Shown here piece after piece: positions 30,552-40,639 of a stretch of 64,000 nt of DNA; positions within the stretch are counted from its first letter, which is position 1; every line of letters starts with the position of its first letter. Below the pieces are notes generated by a model. The model worked only from the letters and a program-made list of their open reading frames with translations, had not been told where the DNA came from and ran no database searches. A program made the translations under genes and the position numbers. Source of the stretch: a virus. Lineage: Duplodnaviria; Caudoviricetes. Location of the stretch: positions 1 through 64,000 of the IMG/VR virus record IMGVR_UViG_3300015374_000002. One strand, 5' to 3'.

Positions 30552-30944
30552 TCAGGCGGCGATCGGGATGACCGCCGCCGTGGGGAAGGAGAACCAGATC
30601 GTCGTCTGCTCCCCGGCGACGTCGATGCCGTAGGCGGGGGCGAGGGCGGCCATGAGGCTGAGTCCGCGCCCGTTCTCCGACTCGACGTCGGCGAAGCCGG
30701 TGTCGATCGCCTGCGGCTGCCAGGGCAGGCCGGTGTTGGTGAACGTCACCGTGACGTCGGCGCCGTGGTCGATGGCCACGGAGAAGCGGGCGCCAAGCCC
30801 GTGCCGTACGGCGTTCTGCGCCAGTTCGGACGCCAGGAGGCGGGCGTCTTCCATGTCGGGGTGTCCGGCAAAGTGGTCCGCGACGAATGCGCGGGCGGCG
30901 GGCACCATCGCGGCGGTGGCCGCGTACTCCTTGAACGTGTCCAT
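30552..30944 (-). CDS. HATPase_c / RsbW-like anti-sigma-type ATP-binding protein
   Basis: VPAARAFV ... LLASELAQNAVRHG ... ENGRGL..M..LA. Confidence 0.85.
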   Translation of the reverse strand: MDTFKEYAATAAMVPAARAFVADHFAGHPDMEDARLLASELAQNAVRHGLGARFSVAIDHGADVTVTFTNTGLPWQPQAIDTGFADVESENGRGLSLMAALAPAYGIDVAGEQTTIWFSFPTAAVIPIAA

Positions 30945-31099
30945 GGTCGCTCCTCCTGGATCGTTCCTTCTGTCTATACAATAGATACCATCATTTAGCG
31001 TGTTCAACCATCTAGCGCGTGTCGAAATGGCGATGTCACCAAAAAGGAAGCCCCCTTCCCAGATTGGGGAAAGGGGCTTCCGTCGGCGGAAGGCTGTAG

Positions 31100-31819
31100 T
31101 CAGCGCGGCAATGCCCGCTGCCGGTTCTCCAGGCCGGTGCCGCCCAGGTTCGCCCGCGAACCCGCCGCCTCGCCGTCCTGCCATCCGGCGGCGCTCGACG
31201 ACGGCGCCGTTTTGCGGCGCTTCAGGCCAGGATTGGCTTCCTTGAAAAATGCCTCCACCCGCTGCTCGCGACTGGCCAGGACGAGCGCTTTGCTGGTGCC
31301 AACCTCCGAATCCTCCGCTTCGTTGACTGCTTGCGCTTCTCGTGCCATGACCATCTGAACGGCCTTCCAGATGAACCCCTTGATCCATGAGTTGCGGTAT
31401 GCGCGGCTGTTCTCCCCGTAGGGCGTCTTCAGCCGGTTCAGGGCTGAGGTGACCTGTAGTAGTAGCGACGTATAGAGCAGTTCAACTCGGTCGATGTCCG
31501 ACTCGAACCCGTAGATGTGCGCGATCCGGTAGTGACGGCCGCTGGTCGTGAACATCACCTTGCATCGCATGGCGTCGGCCAGCCAGGAGAACAGCTCCAT
31601 TCGGCGAGCCGCGTGTTGGCCGCCGTGCATCTCAATCCGCCGCATGGTCGGCTTGTCCTGCTTTGTCTCGGCTCCAAGCATGGCCTGGTCGATGCCGTAT
31701 TTGGCGATCAGGGCGGCGGCGGCGCTGGTGAACGTGTCGCGCTCGTGCTCGTTGTCGGTCCGCTCCGCCTTGGCCAGTAGGTTGCGGATGCGCTCCAGGG
31801 TCTTGGTGGGGATGGTCAT
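31100..31819 (-). CDS. DUF2786 domain protein
   Basis: LERIRNLLAKAE...E....AAALIAKYGID; YGFESD. Confidence 0.85.
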   Translation of the reverse strand: MTIPTKTLERIRNLLAKAERTDNEHERDTFTSAAAALIAKYGIDQAMLGAETKQDKPTMRRIEMHGGQHAARRMELFSWLADAMRCKVMFTTSGRHYRIAHIYGFESDIDRVELLYTSLLLQVTSALNRLKTPYGENSRAYRNSWIKGFIWKAVQMVMAREAQAVNEAEDSEVGTSKALVLASREQRVEAFFKEANPGLKRRKTAPSSSAAGWQDGEAAGSRANLGGTGLENRQRALPR

Positions 31820-32067
31820 GCGGCTTCTCCTGTCAGGACGGAAAGGGTGTGGGCACCGACGCGGACGATATAGCCCGCTTCGGTCAGGGTGTGGTGCAGG
31901 TGGGCCGCGTCGTCCAGGGGGATCGAGGCCCAGGCGCGGCGTGGACCGCCGCCGTGGTGGCCGGTCACGGCGAGCTGGAAGTTGGTGAGGCCGTGCTGGA
32001 TCAGGACGGTCAGCAGGGTCTGCTTCTCGCGCCGCAGTCGTGCGGCGTCGGTTTCGTGGTTGGCCAC
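31816..32067 (-). CDS. hypothetical protein
   Basis: GTG start with AGGAG RBS and leader motif. Confidence 0.6.
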   Translation of the reverse strand: MANHETDAARLRREKQTLLTVLIQHGLTNFQLAVTGHHGGGPRRAWASIPLDDAAHLHHTLTEAGYIVRVGAHTLSVLTGEAA

Positions 32068-32191
32068 AGTGTCTTCTCCTGGTTCGGGGTCGCTCTCCCG
32101 TGGTGCTTCCACCACCCTAACACACGCGCTAAATGGTTGTATAGAGACAGGGGAAGATAGGACAGTCATTTAACATCATCGACGAAAACCC

Positions 32192-32220
32192 TTGCGCCCC
32201 ACACTGGGGCGCGGTACCTT
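32192..32220 (+). promoter_or_regulatory. sigma70/HrdB-type promoter for Y RNA-TROVE unit
   Basis: TTGCGC-17 nt-TACCTT about 10 nt before first RNA. Confidence 0.6.
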
Positions 32221-32230
32221 CGGATCAGCA

Positions 32231-32307
32231 CCTCACCGAGATGCAGGCACCGGATACTTCACATCATTTGGGATACAAAAGTCCCGGCGCCGTCTTGATT
32301 CGGGAGG
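32231..32307 (+). ncRNA. Y RNA-like hairpin 1
   Basis: Terminal stem CCGAGAUGCAGG...GUCUUGAUUCGG, shared with RNA 2; directly upstream of TROVE gene. Confidence 0.7.
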
Positions 32308-32326
32308 GGCCCACACAAGCGCATAG

Positions 32327-32457
32327 CGTGTCCGAGATGCAGGTATCGGTTACTTCATCCTTCGAAATGATGACACTTAGGTTCGACTCCTGACTCCGGC
32401 CCAGGCCGGAGGCCGATGGCGGCAGTCTGTTACCGGCACCGACTTGATTCGGACACG
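32327..32457 (+). ncRNA. Y RNA-like RNA 2 (YrlA-type, with T-arm)
   Basis: CGUGUCCGA/UCGGACACG stem, same internal motif, and a T-arm AGGUUCGACUCCU. Confidence 0.75.
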
Positions 32458-32563
32458 ACCCTCATACGCAGATGGCCCTTCACCTCCACCGGTGAAGGGC
32501 CATCTGCGTATCCGCACGCCAAACGGGCGTATGAGCGACACGCCCCAACGAAAGGAGTCCCCC

Positions 32564-34249
32564 ATGGCCAAGTTCAACCGCAAGCCCACCGCTACGGACG
32601 CCGCCCAGGCCGCCGGAATCCCACTACCCGACCTCTCTACCGCCGACGTCGCCGTCCCCCAGGCGGTCGGCCACGAAGGCGCACCCGGCTTCCTGCGCAC
32701 CCCCGAGGGCGAACTTTTCATGCTCGGCGTCGTCAACATGGTCGGGGAGGACACCTTCTACGAGAAGGCCGCCGCCCGCGACAACCGGTTCGCTGAGCTG
32801 GTCCGCACCGTGGCCGTCACCAACCCCGAATGGCTGATGCAGTTCATCGGCTGGCTGCGCAACAGCGCCAACATGCGGAGCGCGTCCGGCGTCGCCGCCG
32901 TCGAAATGGTCATGGCCCGCAAGGAAGCGAAGCTGCCCGGCTACGGCCGCCAGGCGGTCGCGCACGCGTGCGCCCGCGCCGACGAGCCCGGCGAGATCCT
33001 GGCCTACTGGCTGAACCGCTACGCCCCACAGGGCGGCAAGGCGGCCAAGTCCATGCCCGCCGCACTCCGGCGCGGCCTGGCCGACGCCGTGGCGAAGCTG
33101 TACAACGAGCGCAACCTGATCAAGTACGACTCCGACAAGGCCACCGTCCGGTTCGGTGACGTCGTGGAACTGGTACGCCCGACCACGTTCCGGCCGGAGA
33201 TGCGCGGCACCGCGCAGGGCGAACTGCTGGAGTTCGCGATCGACGTCCGGCACAACCGCGACAACGGCATCCCCGCGTCGCTGACCGTGCTGCGCAACCG
33301 GGCGGAGATTCTGGCCGTTCCGCAGGAGGCACGAGCCCTGTACCTGGTCTCTCCGGAGCGGTACGGCGAACTGAAGGCGGCCGGGTTCACCTGGGAGCAG
33401 TTGGCCGGATGGCTACATGGCCCGATGGACGCCCTGGCATGGCAGACCATCCTGCCGTCGATGGGCTACATGGCCCGATTGCGGAACTTGCGCAACTTCG
33501 ACAAGGCGGGCGTGCCTGACGACGTGGCCGCCGGTGTGGCCGCCTACCTGGCAGACCCGGACAAGGTGGCCAAGAGTCGCCAGTTCCCCTACCGGTTCCT
33601 GTCCGCGTACCTGGCCACCGACACCGAGCGGTGGCGTGACGCGTTGGAGAAGGCGCTACAGGCGTCCGTGGCCAACATTCCGGCCCTGCCCGGCCGCACA
33701 CTCGTCCTGGTGGACACCTCCGGCTCCATGGAGGGGATGGGCCTCTCCGCCCGGTCGAAGATCAAGCCGGTGATGGCGGGCGCTCTGTTCGGCGTCGCAC
33801 TGGCCGCCAAGGGCGACGGGGTGGACCTGTACGGGTTCGCCGACGGCTACCGGCCGTTCCGGCACGACGTCCGTACCGGCGCCTCCGTGCTGCGGCACAC
33901 GCAGGCGTTCTGCGACAGGATCGGCCAGGACGGGCACGGTACGGCTATCGCTGAGTCGGTCCGCAAGACGTACCAGGGTCACGACCGGGTCGTCATCGTC
34001 ACCGATATGCAGACGTTCGCCTCCGACCACTGGGGCACCGGCGACGTCTCCTCGCAGGTCCCGGCGGAGATCCCGATGTACGCCTTCAACCTGGGCGGCT
34101 ACAAGGTGACCGGCATCGACACGTCGCAGCCGAACCGGTACGAACTGGGCGGCCTGACGGACGCCACGTTCAAGATCTTGGGCGCGTTGGAGAACGGGGT
34201 AGACGGTCTGATGGCGATCGACGGGACACCGGCGGCGCTGACGCCGTAA
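32564..34249 (+). CDS. Ro60/Rsr TROVE-domain RNA-binding protein with vWA domain
   Basis: DTFYE, RADEPGE, MARLRNLRNF, SRQFPYRF, VDTSGSM, TDMQ; AAAGGAG RBS. Confidence 0.93.
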   Translation: MAKFNRKPTATDAAQAAGIPLPDLSTADVAVPQAVGHEGAPGFLRTPEGELFMLGVVNMVGEDTFYEKAAARDNRFAELVRTVAVTNPEWLMQFIGWLRNSANMRSASGVAAVEMVMARKEAKLPGYGRQAVAHACARADEPGEILAYWLNRYAPQGGKAAKSMPAALRRGLADAVAKLYNERNLIKYDSDKATVRFGDVVELVRPTTFRPEMRGTAQGELLEFAIDVRHNRDNGIPASLTVLRNRAEILAVPQEARALYLVSPERYGELKAAGFTWEQLAGWLHGPMDALAWQTILPSMGYMARLRNLRNFDKAGVPDDVAAGVAAYLADPDKVAKSRQFPYRFLSAYLATDTERWRDALEKALQASVANIPALPGRTLVLVDTSGSMEGMGLSARSKIKPVMAGALFGVALAAKGDGVDLYGFADGYRPFRHDVRTGASVLRHTQAFCDRIGQDGHGTAIAESVRKTYQGHDRVVIVTDMQTFASDHWGTGDVSSQVPAEIPMYAFNLGGYKVTGIDTSQPNRYELGGLTDATFKILGALENGVDGLMAIDGTPAALTP

Positions 34250-34294
34250 CCTGGAACGGTTGTGCTAGCAACCAGCTGGGGCTTGCCCCGGCAA

Positions 34295-34336
34295 GTGAAA
34301 CGCCCCGGCCCTGGGGAGGGTCCGGGGCGTTTTCAC
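34295..34336. terminator. bidirectional terminator-like hairpin
   Basis: gtgaaacgccccgg ... ccggggcgttttcac. Confidence 0.7.
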
Positions 34337-34343
34337 GTCTCTG

Positions 34344-34538
34344 TCAACTGCCGTCGAGGTCGTAGACGAACGTGTTGCAGTACTCGTCAAGGGTCGAGTT
34401 CTCCCGTACGCGGTCGAACACTGAAAAGGCACGATTGAATGCGGCCCGGTCGCCGTTCTGACGGGCCTCCGCCATGTCGCGGCGGGCATTGATCATCCGA
34501 GTGGTGTTGTTGCTTCGACTGGGCTGCGATCTGGCCAT
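34344..34538 (-). CDS. hypothetical protein
   Basis: 64 aa, AAGGAG RBS, leader motif. Confidence 0.7.
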   Translation of the reverse strand: MARSQPSRSNNTTRMINARRDMAEARQNGDRAAFNRAFSVFDRVRENSTLDEYCNTFVYDLDGS

Positions 34539-34770
34539 GGCGATTCTCCTTTGCCTGTGTCGCTCATCAGGTACAACACCAGCCTAGGCTACGCTAAATG
34601 GGTGTGCAAGAGCATGGTGGAAGGAGGAAACGGGAAACACCGGCGGACGACAAGACGCCCGACCGCTCGCGGGCAGCCGGGCGTCAGGGAAGGGTTACAG
34701 ATCGGCATAGGTGGCTATCTGATAGGCCAGGTAGCCGACCGCAGGTCGAACTCCTGCTCGCCGATCTCGT

Positions 34771-35157
34771 TCACGGCGCCACCTCCAGCGGGCCGACGGC
34801 CGCCCATACCCGGCACAGCGGGATGTCGCATTCGCTCCAGTCCTTGCGGGACAAAATCGGCTGGGTGTCGGGGTCGGCGTGGAAGCCGCCTGCGTATTGC
34901 CACAGGTCGCCGTGGCAGTCACGGAGATCGCGGCGGAGGTCCCAGACGATGCGACCGGTGGCGTCCTTCCACGTATCCGGGTCGCTCTCGCCATAGCCCT
35001 TCTGCATGTCGCAGTCGGGGTGTGGGGCGACATGCTCGGCGGCGCCCAGGGCGATGAGCAGGGCGCCGGTCATCGACGTATTGAGGTCGCCGTCCTGGTG
35101 GAGCTGACGAACAAGCGCGGCCGTATCGCGCAGCCGCATCTCAGTCACGACGCTCAC
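34771..35157 (-). CDS. hypothetical protein
   Basis: 128-aa ORF overlapping upstream gene end. Confidence 0.6.
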   Translation of the reverse strand: MSVVTEMRLRDTAALVRQLHQDGDLNTSMTGALLIALGAAEHVAPHPDCDMQKGYGESDPDTWKDATGRIVWDLRRDLRDCHGDLWQYAGGFHADPDTQPILSRKDWSECDIPLCRVWAAVGPLEVAP

Positions 35158-35518
35158 CTGCTTCTTCTTCCTGGGCCCGCTGCGCCGTGGCGGCGGCTTC
35201 GCCGATAGACTGGACTTCGGCGAGCAGGTCGTGAGCGGCGTTTTTGACCGCGTCTACACCGCTTTTCCAGCCGAGGTCGTACGCGGTCCTGGCGCGGCGC
35301 TCGGCCCATCCCCACAGGAGTGCGACGATGCCCGCCATGGCGAACGCGAACCCGGCCTCACGGTCGCCGGAGGTGACATGGCCGATGGTCAGGCCGACCA
35401 TGACAGCGGCGACGGATGTAGCCAGACTTTCCAGGATGGCGGAGGCGAGGGGGCGATGCGCGAGGACGCGCCGCCCGGTGTGGGCGACGCGCTCCGCGAT
35501 CTGGTGAAACCTGTTCAC
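35141..35518 (-). CDS. membrane protein
   Basis: Two hydrophobic segments; GTGA overlap. Confidence 0.7.
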   Translation of the reverse strand: MNRFHQIAERVAHTGRRVLAHRPLASAILESLATSVAAVMVGLTIGHVTSGDREAGFAFAMAGIVALLWGWAERRARTAYDLGWKSGVDAVKNAAHDLLAEVQSIGEAAATAQRAQEEEAGERRD

Positions 35519-36390
35519 AGGTTCTCGTATCCTTCCTCTGCGGCGATCTGCTCCTCATGTCTGGCCTGAAGTGCTTCCTGGATCTGGTCGTACAGCACGT
35601 CCTCGCTTTCGCCGGTCAGCATGCAGAACGCCTTCTCCAGCCCCCGGACGTAGCCGCCCCGATCCTCAGACTGGCAAGAGTGGGAGGCGTCCAGGATTTC
35701 GGTGAACAGGCGCTGGCCCATCTCTGCGGAGACGCGGTGCTTCAGCGGGATGCGCACGTCGCCCTCGTAGGCGAATACCTTCGAGTGATCGACGCCCCGG
35801 GCGGGGCTGAAGACGACCTGGAGGTTGACCACATGGCCACGCTGTCCGTCGCCAGTCTTCTCGACGACCGTGTGGTCTGCACCGTGCAGGGTGACTACGT
35901 CGCCCGACTTGACGTTGCGCATGGCAACGGTGGGGTAGGCGGCGGTCAGCTCGTGCATGTGCAGGGCGAACAGGTGCCGCAGCGCGGCGTCCTTGGTCTC
36001 CTGGTCGGCCTGCGCCACGGCGTCGTCTGCGGCGGTCCAGAGGTTTTCCGGGGCACCGTGGTTCCAGGGGGGGCCGACGGGGGTGGCGTTGAGAAGGCGG
36101 CGCACGGCGGAGGCGCCGTGCATGCGGCCCTGGGGGTCGGCGCCTCCGGGTTCGTCGCGGTGCAGCGGGGAGGTCGTCGGCGGGACCTGTATGCGGTAGT
36201 AGTCGTTGCCGGGGTATGCCTGGTTGTTCTGGGCGTCGCCGGGGCCGTAGTCGGCGCACTGCCAGCGGCCGTTGTGGTCGTGCACCCAGCGGCCGTAGCT
36301 GGGGCCGGTGATGTAGTGGATCGGCAGGCCACAGGTGGGTCTGGCGCAGGTGGCGTTGCGGGGGCTCTGGATGGGGGCCGGGTCGGGCAT
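35515..36390 (-). CDS. hypothetical protein
   Basis: MPDPAPIQ...; AGGAGG RBS. Confidence 0.75.
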   Translation of the reverse strand: MPDPAPIQSPRNATCARPTCGLPIHYITGPSYGRWVHDHNGRWQCADYGPGDAQNNQAYPGNDYYRIQVPPTTSPLHRDEPGGADPQGRMHGASAVRRLLNATPVGPPWNHGAPENLWTAADDAVAQADQETKDAALRHLFALHMHELTAAYPTVAMRNVKSGDVVTLHGADHTVVEKTGDGQRGHVVNLQVVFSPARGVDHSKVFAYEGDVRIPLKHRVSAEMGQRLFTEILDASHSCQSEDRGGYVRGLEKAFCMLTGESEDVLYDQIQEALQARHEEQIAAEEGYENL

Positions 36391-36441
36391 GTTTCCTCCT
36401 GTGGTGGTGTCGTGCCGCTCTATCGACACCACCACCATACA

Positions 36442-36813
36442 TCACGCGCTAAATGCCTGTACAGCTTTACTGGTGGACGCCTCAATCAATTCCGACCAGA
36501 CACTCACAGACAGCAGCTCCCCAGCCGCCTCCACGCGCACGCGCACGACCCGAATGGAACAGTCCTGACACAGCCCGTACTCCACCAGGTAGGCGGCCGG
36601 GCCGATCGACTCCGCCTGGCCACGCCGCACTACGACGGCGGTGGGGTGGTCGCATTCCAATGGCTCCAGCGCGGCCGTCACCTCCCGGTAGGGGGCTCCG
36701 CCGCCGATCGGCGTGGTGATACCGCTGGCCTGGGTGACGTACATGACACGGTCGAGGTGCGCGATGGCGGCCTGGATGTCGTCCGGCCGCCCGGTGACCC
36801 GGATGTGAACCAT
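36442..36813 (-). CDS. hypothetical protein
   Basis: MVHIRVTGRPDDI...; GGAGG RBS. Confidence 0.55.
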   Translation of the reverse strand: MVHIRVTGRPDDIQAAIAHLDRVMYVTQASGITTPIGGGAPYREVTAALEPLECDHPTAVVVRRGQAESIGPAAYLVEYGLCQDCSIRVVRVRVEAAGELLSVSVWSELIEASTSKAVQAFSA

Positions 36814-37316
36814 GGGGAAGTGTCCTCCGGCGGGTGTCGCAGGAGACTCGCGGCGTCTCCTGTACACATAGTGACGCATGAGATCTCAAATGGTGATGCA
36901 TGAGATCCAAAAACCTGGCCGGGAAAAGACGGCATCTTGGCCGTCTCCTCGGGCTCAAGGAAGCACTCCTCAGCGGGAATCCGCGCCCGGCTCCTAAAAC
37001 ACGCCAGCGGGGCCTGGTGAGGTTGCACCCTCTCCAGATCCCCGCCCGTACGTGCAACTGCCAGCGCGGCTGATGTGAAGTAGAGGCCCCGGGATCAGAA
37101 GTGCACCTGGACCGGGGTTCTACTGTCATCCACTCTAATTGATCCCCGTCGGGAGCGCTGCGCGAACAGAATGTTCCTCCAGGCACCCACCCTACCGGCC
37201 GGTAACTTGCGAGAACTTAGCATTCCCGCAAGTTCGCGACCGAGAGCACTGCTCCAGAAAACGAGCGGCCGACACCCTGGCGCGAGCGTTGGTCGAATGG
37301 GATACTCCGGTTTCGA

Positions 37317-37988
37317 TCACCAGCCTGCGCGCCTCTGGTCTAGCCAGAGATCAACGGATCGTACGATCTTCTTCTGCTGGTCTCCCGGCCCCTCGATCAG
37401 ATCAAGCAGCCACTCCTCGTCACCGTCTCGCAGTCGCCCACCCGCCTCTCCAAGACGCTTCATGGCGTAGGCCAGTCGATGCGCCGCCACCATCAGCGGA
37501 TGGTCAGCCACAGCCCCCTTGCGCGAGAATGCGCCACCACCACGGCGGGCCACACGGTCCAGGTTCGCCGAAAGCGTCAGCCGCTCCCGGTGTTCCAGCA
37601 CCTCTTCGACCCCGACAGAGAAGAGTCGGCCCAATGCCGTCCTTCGAGCCGCATGAGCTGGACCAACGAGGATGTCCCGTACGGTGGTGGTGTCCACGAG
37701 CACCTTCAAGGTCGCACCATCCGGGAAGTCGCGCAGACCCATCCGCAGGGCGTGCAGCTCGCAGACGTCCGTCCGCATACGACCCTCATGCGTAGCCAGC
37801 GCCGGGGGGCAGGTGAACCAACCGCCCGAGACACCGCCACTACCGTCCACCGTGCCGTAAGCGCCGATCAGCATCCGACTGGATACCGAACCGTCCACGG
37901 CCAACAGCCACTCGTCAAGATCCAGGGCGGCGGAATCAAGGTGTACCGTGCCCACGTCAGAGACATCGGGCGCTGAGGTGCCCATCAT
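37317..37988 (-). CDS. RNase H-like protein
   Basis: AVDGS ... CELHAL ... LVDT ... HPLM.AAHRLA resembles the RNase HI active-site layout. Confidence 0.6.
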   Translation of the reverse strand: MMGTSAPDVSDVGTVHLDSAALDLDEWLLAVDGSVSSRMLIGAYGTVDGSGGVSGGWFTCPPALATHEGRMRTDVCELHALRMGLRDFPDGATLKVLVDTTTVRDILVGPAHAARRTALGRLFSVGVEEVLEHRERLTLSANLDRVARRGGGAFSRKGAVADHPLMVAAHRLAYAMKRLGEAGGRLRDGDEEWLLDLIEGPGDQQKKIVRSVDLWLDQRRAGW

Positions 37989-38047
37989 CCTCCTTGAAAG
38001 CCTGGCCCGCGATAAGCGGTGTTATCACGGGTCAGGCGACTGATGAC

Positions 38048-38470
38048 CTAGAGATTCTTGAGCGCCACAGCCAGGGGCTCGCGAGAGTTGGGGATGAGGT
38101 CGAGGTCGAGAACCTCGTCCTTGGGGACCCACCTGTAGCCGTCGATGAAGTCGCCCGGCCCGTGGCGGCTCATGTCCACCTCGTCGCCGCCCGCCTCGCA
38201 GAGTCGGGCAACGGCCACCACCGTCGGGCTGTCGGGCTGATTTCCGAGACGCCATGACCAGACGGCCAGCGGGCGTCCAGGGGACACCTCCAGGCCCACC
38301 TCCTCGTACACCTCCCGGATAAGTGCTTCGTCTGGCGTTTCGCCGTTCTGCATGCGTCCGCCCGGCAGCTCCCATCGACCCGGTTGATGCGGGTCGTCCA
38401 TGCTCTTTCTGACCAGCAGCAGCTTGCCTTGCCACTGGATTACGGCCTTCTGCGCGAATTGCACGTACAT
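38048..38470 (-). CDS. NUDIX hydrolase
   Basis: WELPGG..QNGET..EALIREVYEEVG Nudix box. Confidence 0.9.
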   Translation of the reverse strand: MYVQFAQKAVIQWQGKLLLVRKSMDDPHQPGRWELPGGRMQNGETPDEALIREVYEEVGLEVSPGRPLAVWSWRLGNQPDSPTVVAVARLCEAGGDEVDMSRHGPGDFIDGYRWVPKDEVLDLDLIPNSREPLAVALKNL

Positions 38471-38511
38471 GGATCCCCTTCTTCGGCGGGGGGTTATTGT
38501 CCGCCCTCAGG

Positions 38512-39015
38512 TCATCCTTTCCGGCTGTAGTAGCGGGCTGCGATGATGAAGGCGATGGTGTGGGTTACCAGGGCGGCGTTGGAGATGCCGAGTCCCAGGG
38601 CCAGCCAGTCGCCGTCGTCGGTGATGGTGGCTCCCGCCAGGGACGCGAACTCCGCACCGAAGATCGCGAAAAGCACGGGGATGACCATGGCGACCACTCC
38701 GGCGAGGAATCCCGCCTTGTCCTGGAGGCGACTCTGGCGTTCGTCCTGCCACGGCCCGCCTTCGGCAATCATGGCGGCATCGCTCCTCGGCGGCTTCTTG
38801 CGGAGCAGCCGGATTATGAAGTAGGCGTTACGGGCGAGGAGGGGGATAGCGAGCGCGCCGAGCATCGAGATGCGGACGTCCCAGGAGGCGTCACTGGCGA
38901 TGCTGTAGCCGACGATGACCATCCCCGCGACCCAGAGCAGGATCAGGGCCAGGTTGCCGAGGCGGTAGGCGGCGGCACCGTCAGCTTCCGGTGCCGTTGA
39001 CGCTGTGGTCTTCAT
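38512..39015 (-). CDS. membrane protein
   Basis: Four hydrophobic segments; coupled to HTH gene. Confidence 0.75.
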   Translation of the reverse strand: MKTTASTAPEADGAAAYRLGNLALILLWVAGMVIVGYSIASDASWDVRISMLGALAIPLLARNAYFIIRLLRKKPPRSDAAMIAEGGPWQDERQSRLQDKAGFLAGVVAMVIPVLFAIFGAEFASLAGATITDDGDWLALGLGISNAALVTHTIAFIIAARYYSRKG

Positions 39016-39199
39016 AGAAGATCTCCCGAAGGTCGATGACGCCGAAAAGGTCTGCGATCTTGAGCGCCAGTGGCAGGGACGGGTTATATCGGCCCTGCTC
39101 GATGGAGATGATCGTCTGACGGCTCACGCCGAGTTTCTCGGCCAGGTTCTCCTGGCTCATGTCGCTTCCTTTGCGGAGCTGTTCGAGGTTGTTCCGCAT
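38981..39199 (-). CDS. XRE-family HTH transcriptional regulator
   Basis: MSQENLAEKLGVSRQTIISIEQGRYNPSLPLA. Confidence 0.9.
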   Translation of the reverse strand: MRNNLEQLRKGSDMSQENLAEKLGVSRQTIISIEQGRYNPSLPLALKIADLFGVIDLREIFYEDHSVNGTGS

Positions 39200-39391
39200 G
39201 TCGAGTAGCGTATGTAAAGGTCCCTTGACTGTCAAGGTCGCTTTACATACGCTCGCTGTGTGTCGATGATTGTTCGAAGGTGTTTCGATCCGTCCAACCC
39301 CCCGGCGCCACCCCCGGCGCGCACGGCATCATAGACACACACCCGATTTCCGATCCCGGCAGAGCGAACCGGGAACCACCAGGAGACCCCC

Positions 39392-39985
39392 ATGACCATG
39401 GCCAGCGACAGCGGCAAGCAGCCCGGCATTCTGATGGCCATCGGCCACTACCTGGACCCGGTATGGCCCCCCGCCATGGTGGCGTCCGGCGTAGCGTCCA
39501 CCCTCATCCCCTCCGGCTCCGCACTGTCGTGGACATTCAGCGCCGCCTACTTCGCCGTCTTCTTCGGCGCCCTGGCCTGCGACCTCTTCGTCCACATGGG
39601 GAACCTATGCGAGCGGTGCATCCGAGCCATCCCCCTGGATCCACAGGCCGCCATCGAACGCGACCGCATGTGGTTGAAGCTCTTCCACCGAACCTCCAGC
39701 CAGATCTGGGTGCACATCCGGTCCGTCCGTGTTCCGGTACCGAACAAACTCCTCGCCCTCATGCTGCTCGGAACGGCCGTCCTTACCGCGATCCGGCTCA
39801 CCTTCGACCCCGGCGAGCAGGCGCTGAAGTTCGTCGCCCTGCTCACATGGACCACCCCTCTTGCCAGCATTTTCTGGGCAACCTACCGGCACAACCGGCT
39901 TCAGCCATGGTGCCCGTTCTGCCCACGTGACGACGGCGACGACAGGGTGGAGGCTCCGGAACCTGACCCGTCGATCAGCAGTTAG
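39392..39985 (+). CDS. membrane protein
   Basis: Hydrophobic segments, CERC and WCPFC motifs; AGGAG RBS. Confidence 0.75.
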   Translation: MTMASDSGKQPGILMAIGHYLDPVWPPAMVASGVASTLIPSGSALSWTFSAAYFAVFFGALACDLFVHMGNLCERCIRAIPLDPQAAIERDRMWLKLFHRTSSQIWVHIRSVRVPVPNKLLALMLLGTAVLTAIRLTFDPGEQALKFVALLTWTTPLASIFWATYRHNRLQPWCPFCPRDDGDDRVEAPEPDPSISS

Positions 39986-40622
39986 CCCGCGACGGACCCC
40001 CGGAACCCCTTCCAGTTGCTTTACCGGGTATCCTCAGCGTCGGTCGGCTGGGCCCTCGCCAGTCGGAATCCAGGAACGAGCGTGACTCCACCGGCCCATG
40101 CTGCCCCTGATATCGCGATCCCAGACCTGGGCTTCCGTACGGCCGGGCGGCAGGCGACGACATCCGCATGAAGCAGAGCTGACCCACCTTCATCCCCGGG
40201 TGCAGCAGGATCGGCAGGGCGGCCACGTTCGACAGCTCCAGGGTGATGCGGCCGGTGAAGCCGGGGTCGATGAATCCGGCCGTGGAATGGGTCAGCAGCC
40301 CCAACCGGCCGAGCGACGATTTCCCCTCCAGGCGGGCGGCCAGGTCGTCGGGCAGCGTCACCTCCTCCATGGTGGAGGCCAGCACGAATTCGCCCGGGTG
40401 CAGCACGAACGGCTGACCGTTGCCGACGCGCACCAGCCTGGTCAGATCAGGTTGGTCGGTCGCCGGGTCGATGGCCGGGTGCCGGTGGGTCTCGAACACC
40501 CGGAACAACCGGCTCAGCCGAACATCCACACTCGCCGGTTGGATCATGGCCGGGTCGTACGGGTCGATCCCGAGTGCGCCCGTATCCAGGCACATCTTGA
40601 TGTCGGCATCCGACAGCAGCAC
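39975..40622 (-). CDS. dcd: dCTP deaminase
   Basis: [44 protein letters not shown]. Confidence 0.95.
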   Translation of the reverse strand: MLLSDADIKMCLDTGALGIDPYDPAMIQPASVDVRLSRLFRVFETHRHPAIDPATDQPDLTRLVRVGNGQPFVLHPGEFVLASTMEEVTLPDDLAARLEGKSSLGRLGLLTHSTAGFIDPGFTGRITLELSNVAALPILLHPGMKVGQLCFMRMSSPAARPYGSPGLGSRYQGQHGPVESRSFLDSDWRGPSRPTLRIPGKATGRGSGGPSRANC

Positions 40623-40639
40623 AGCTTCCCCTCGATCTA

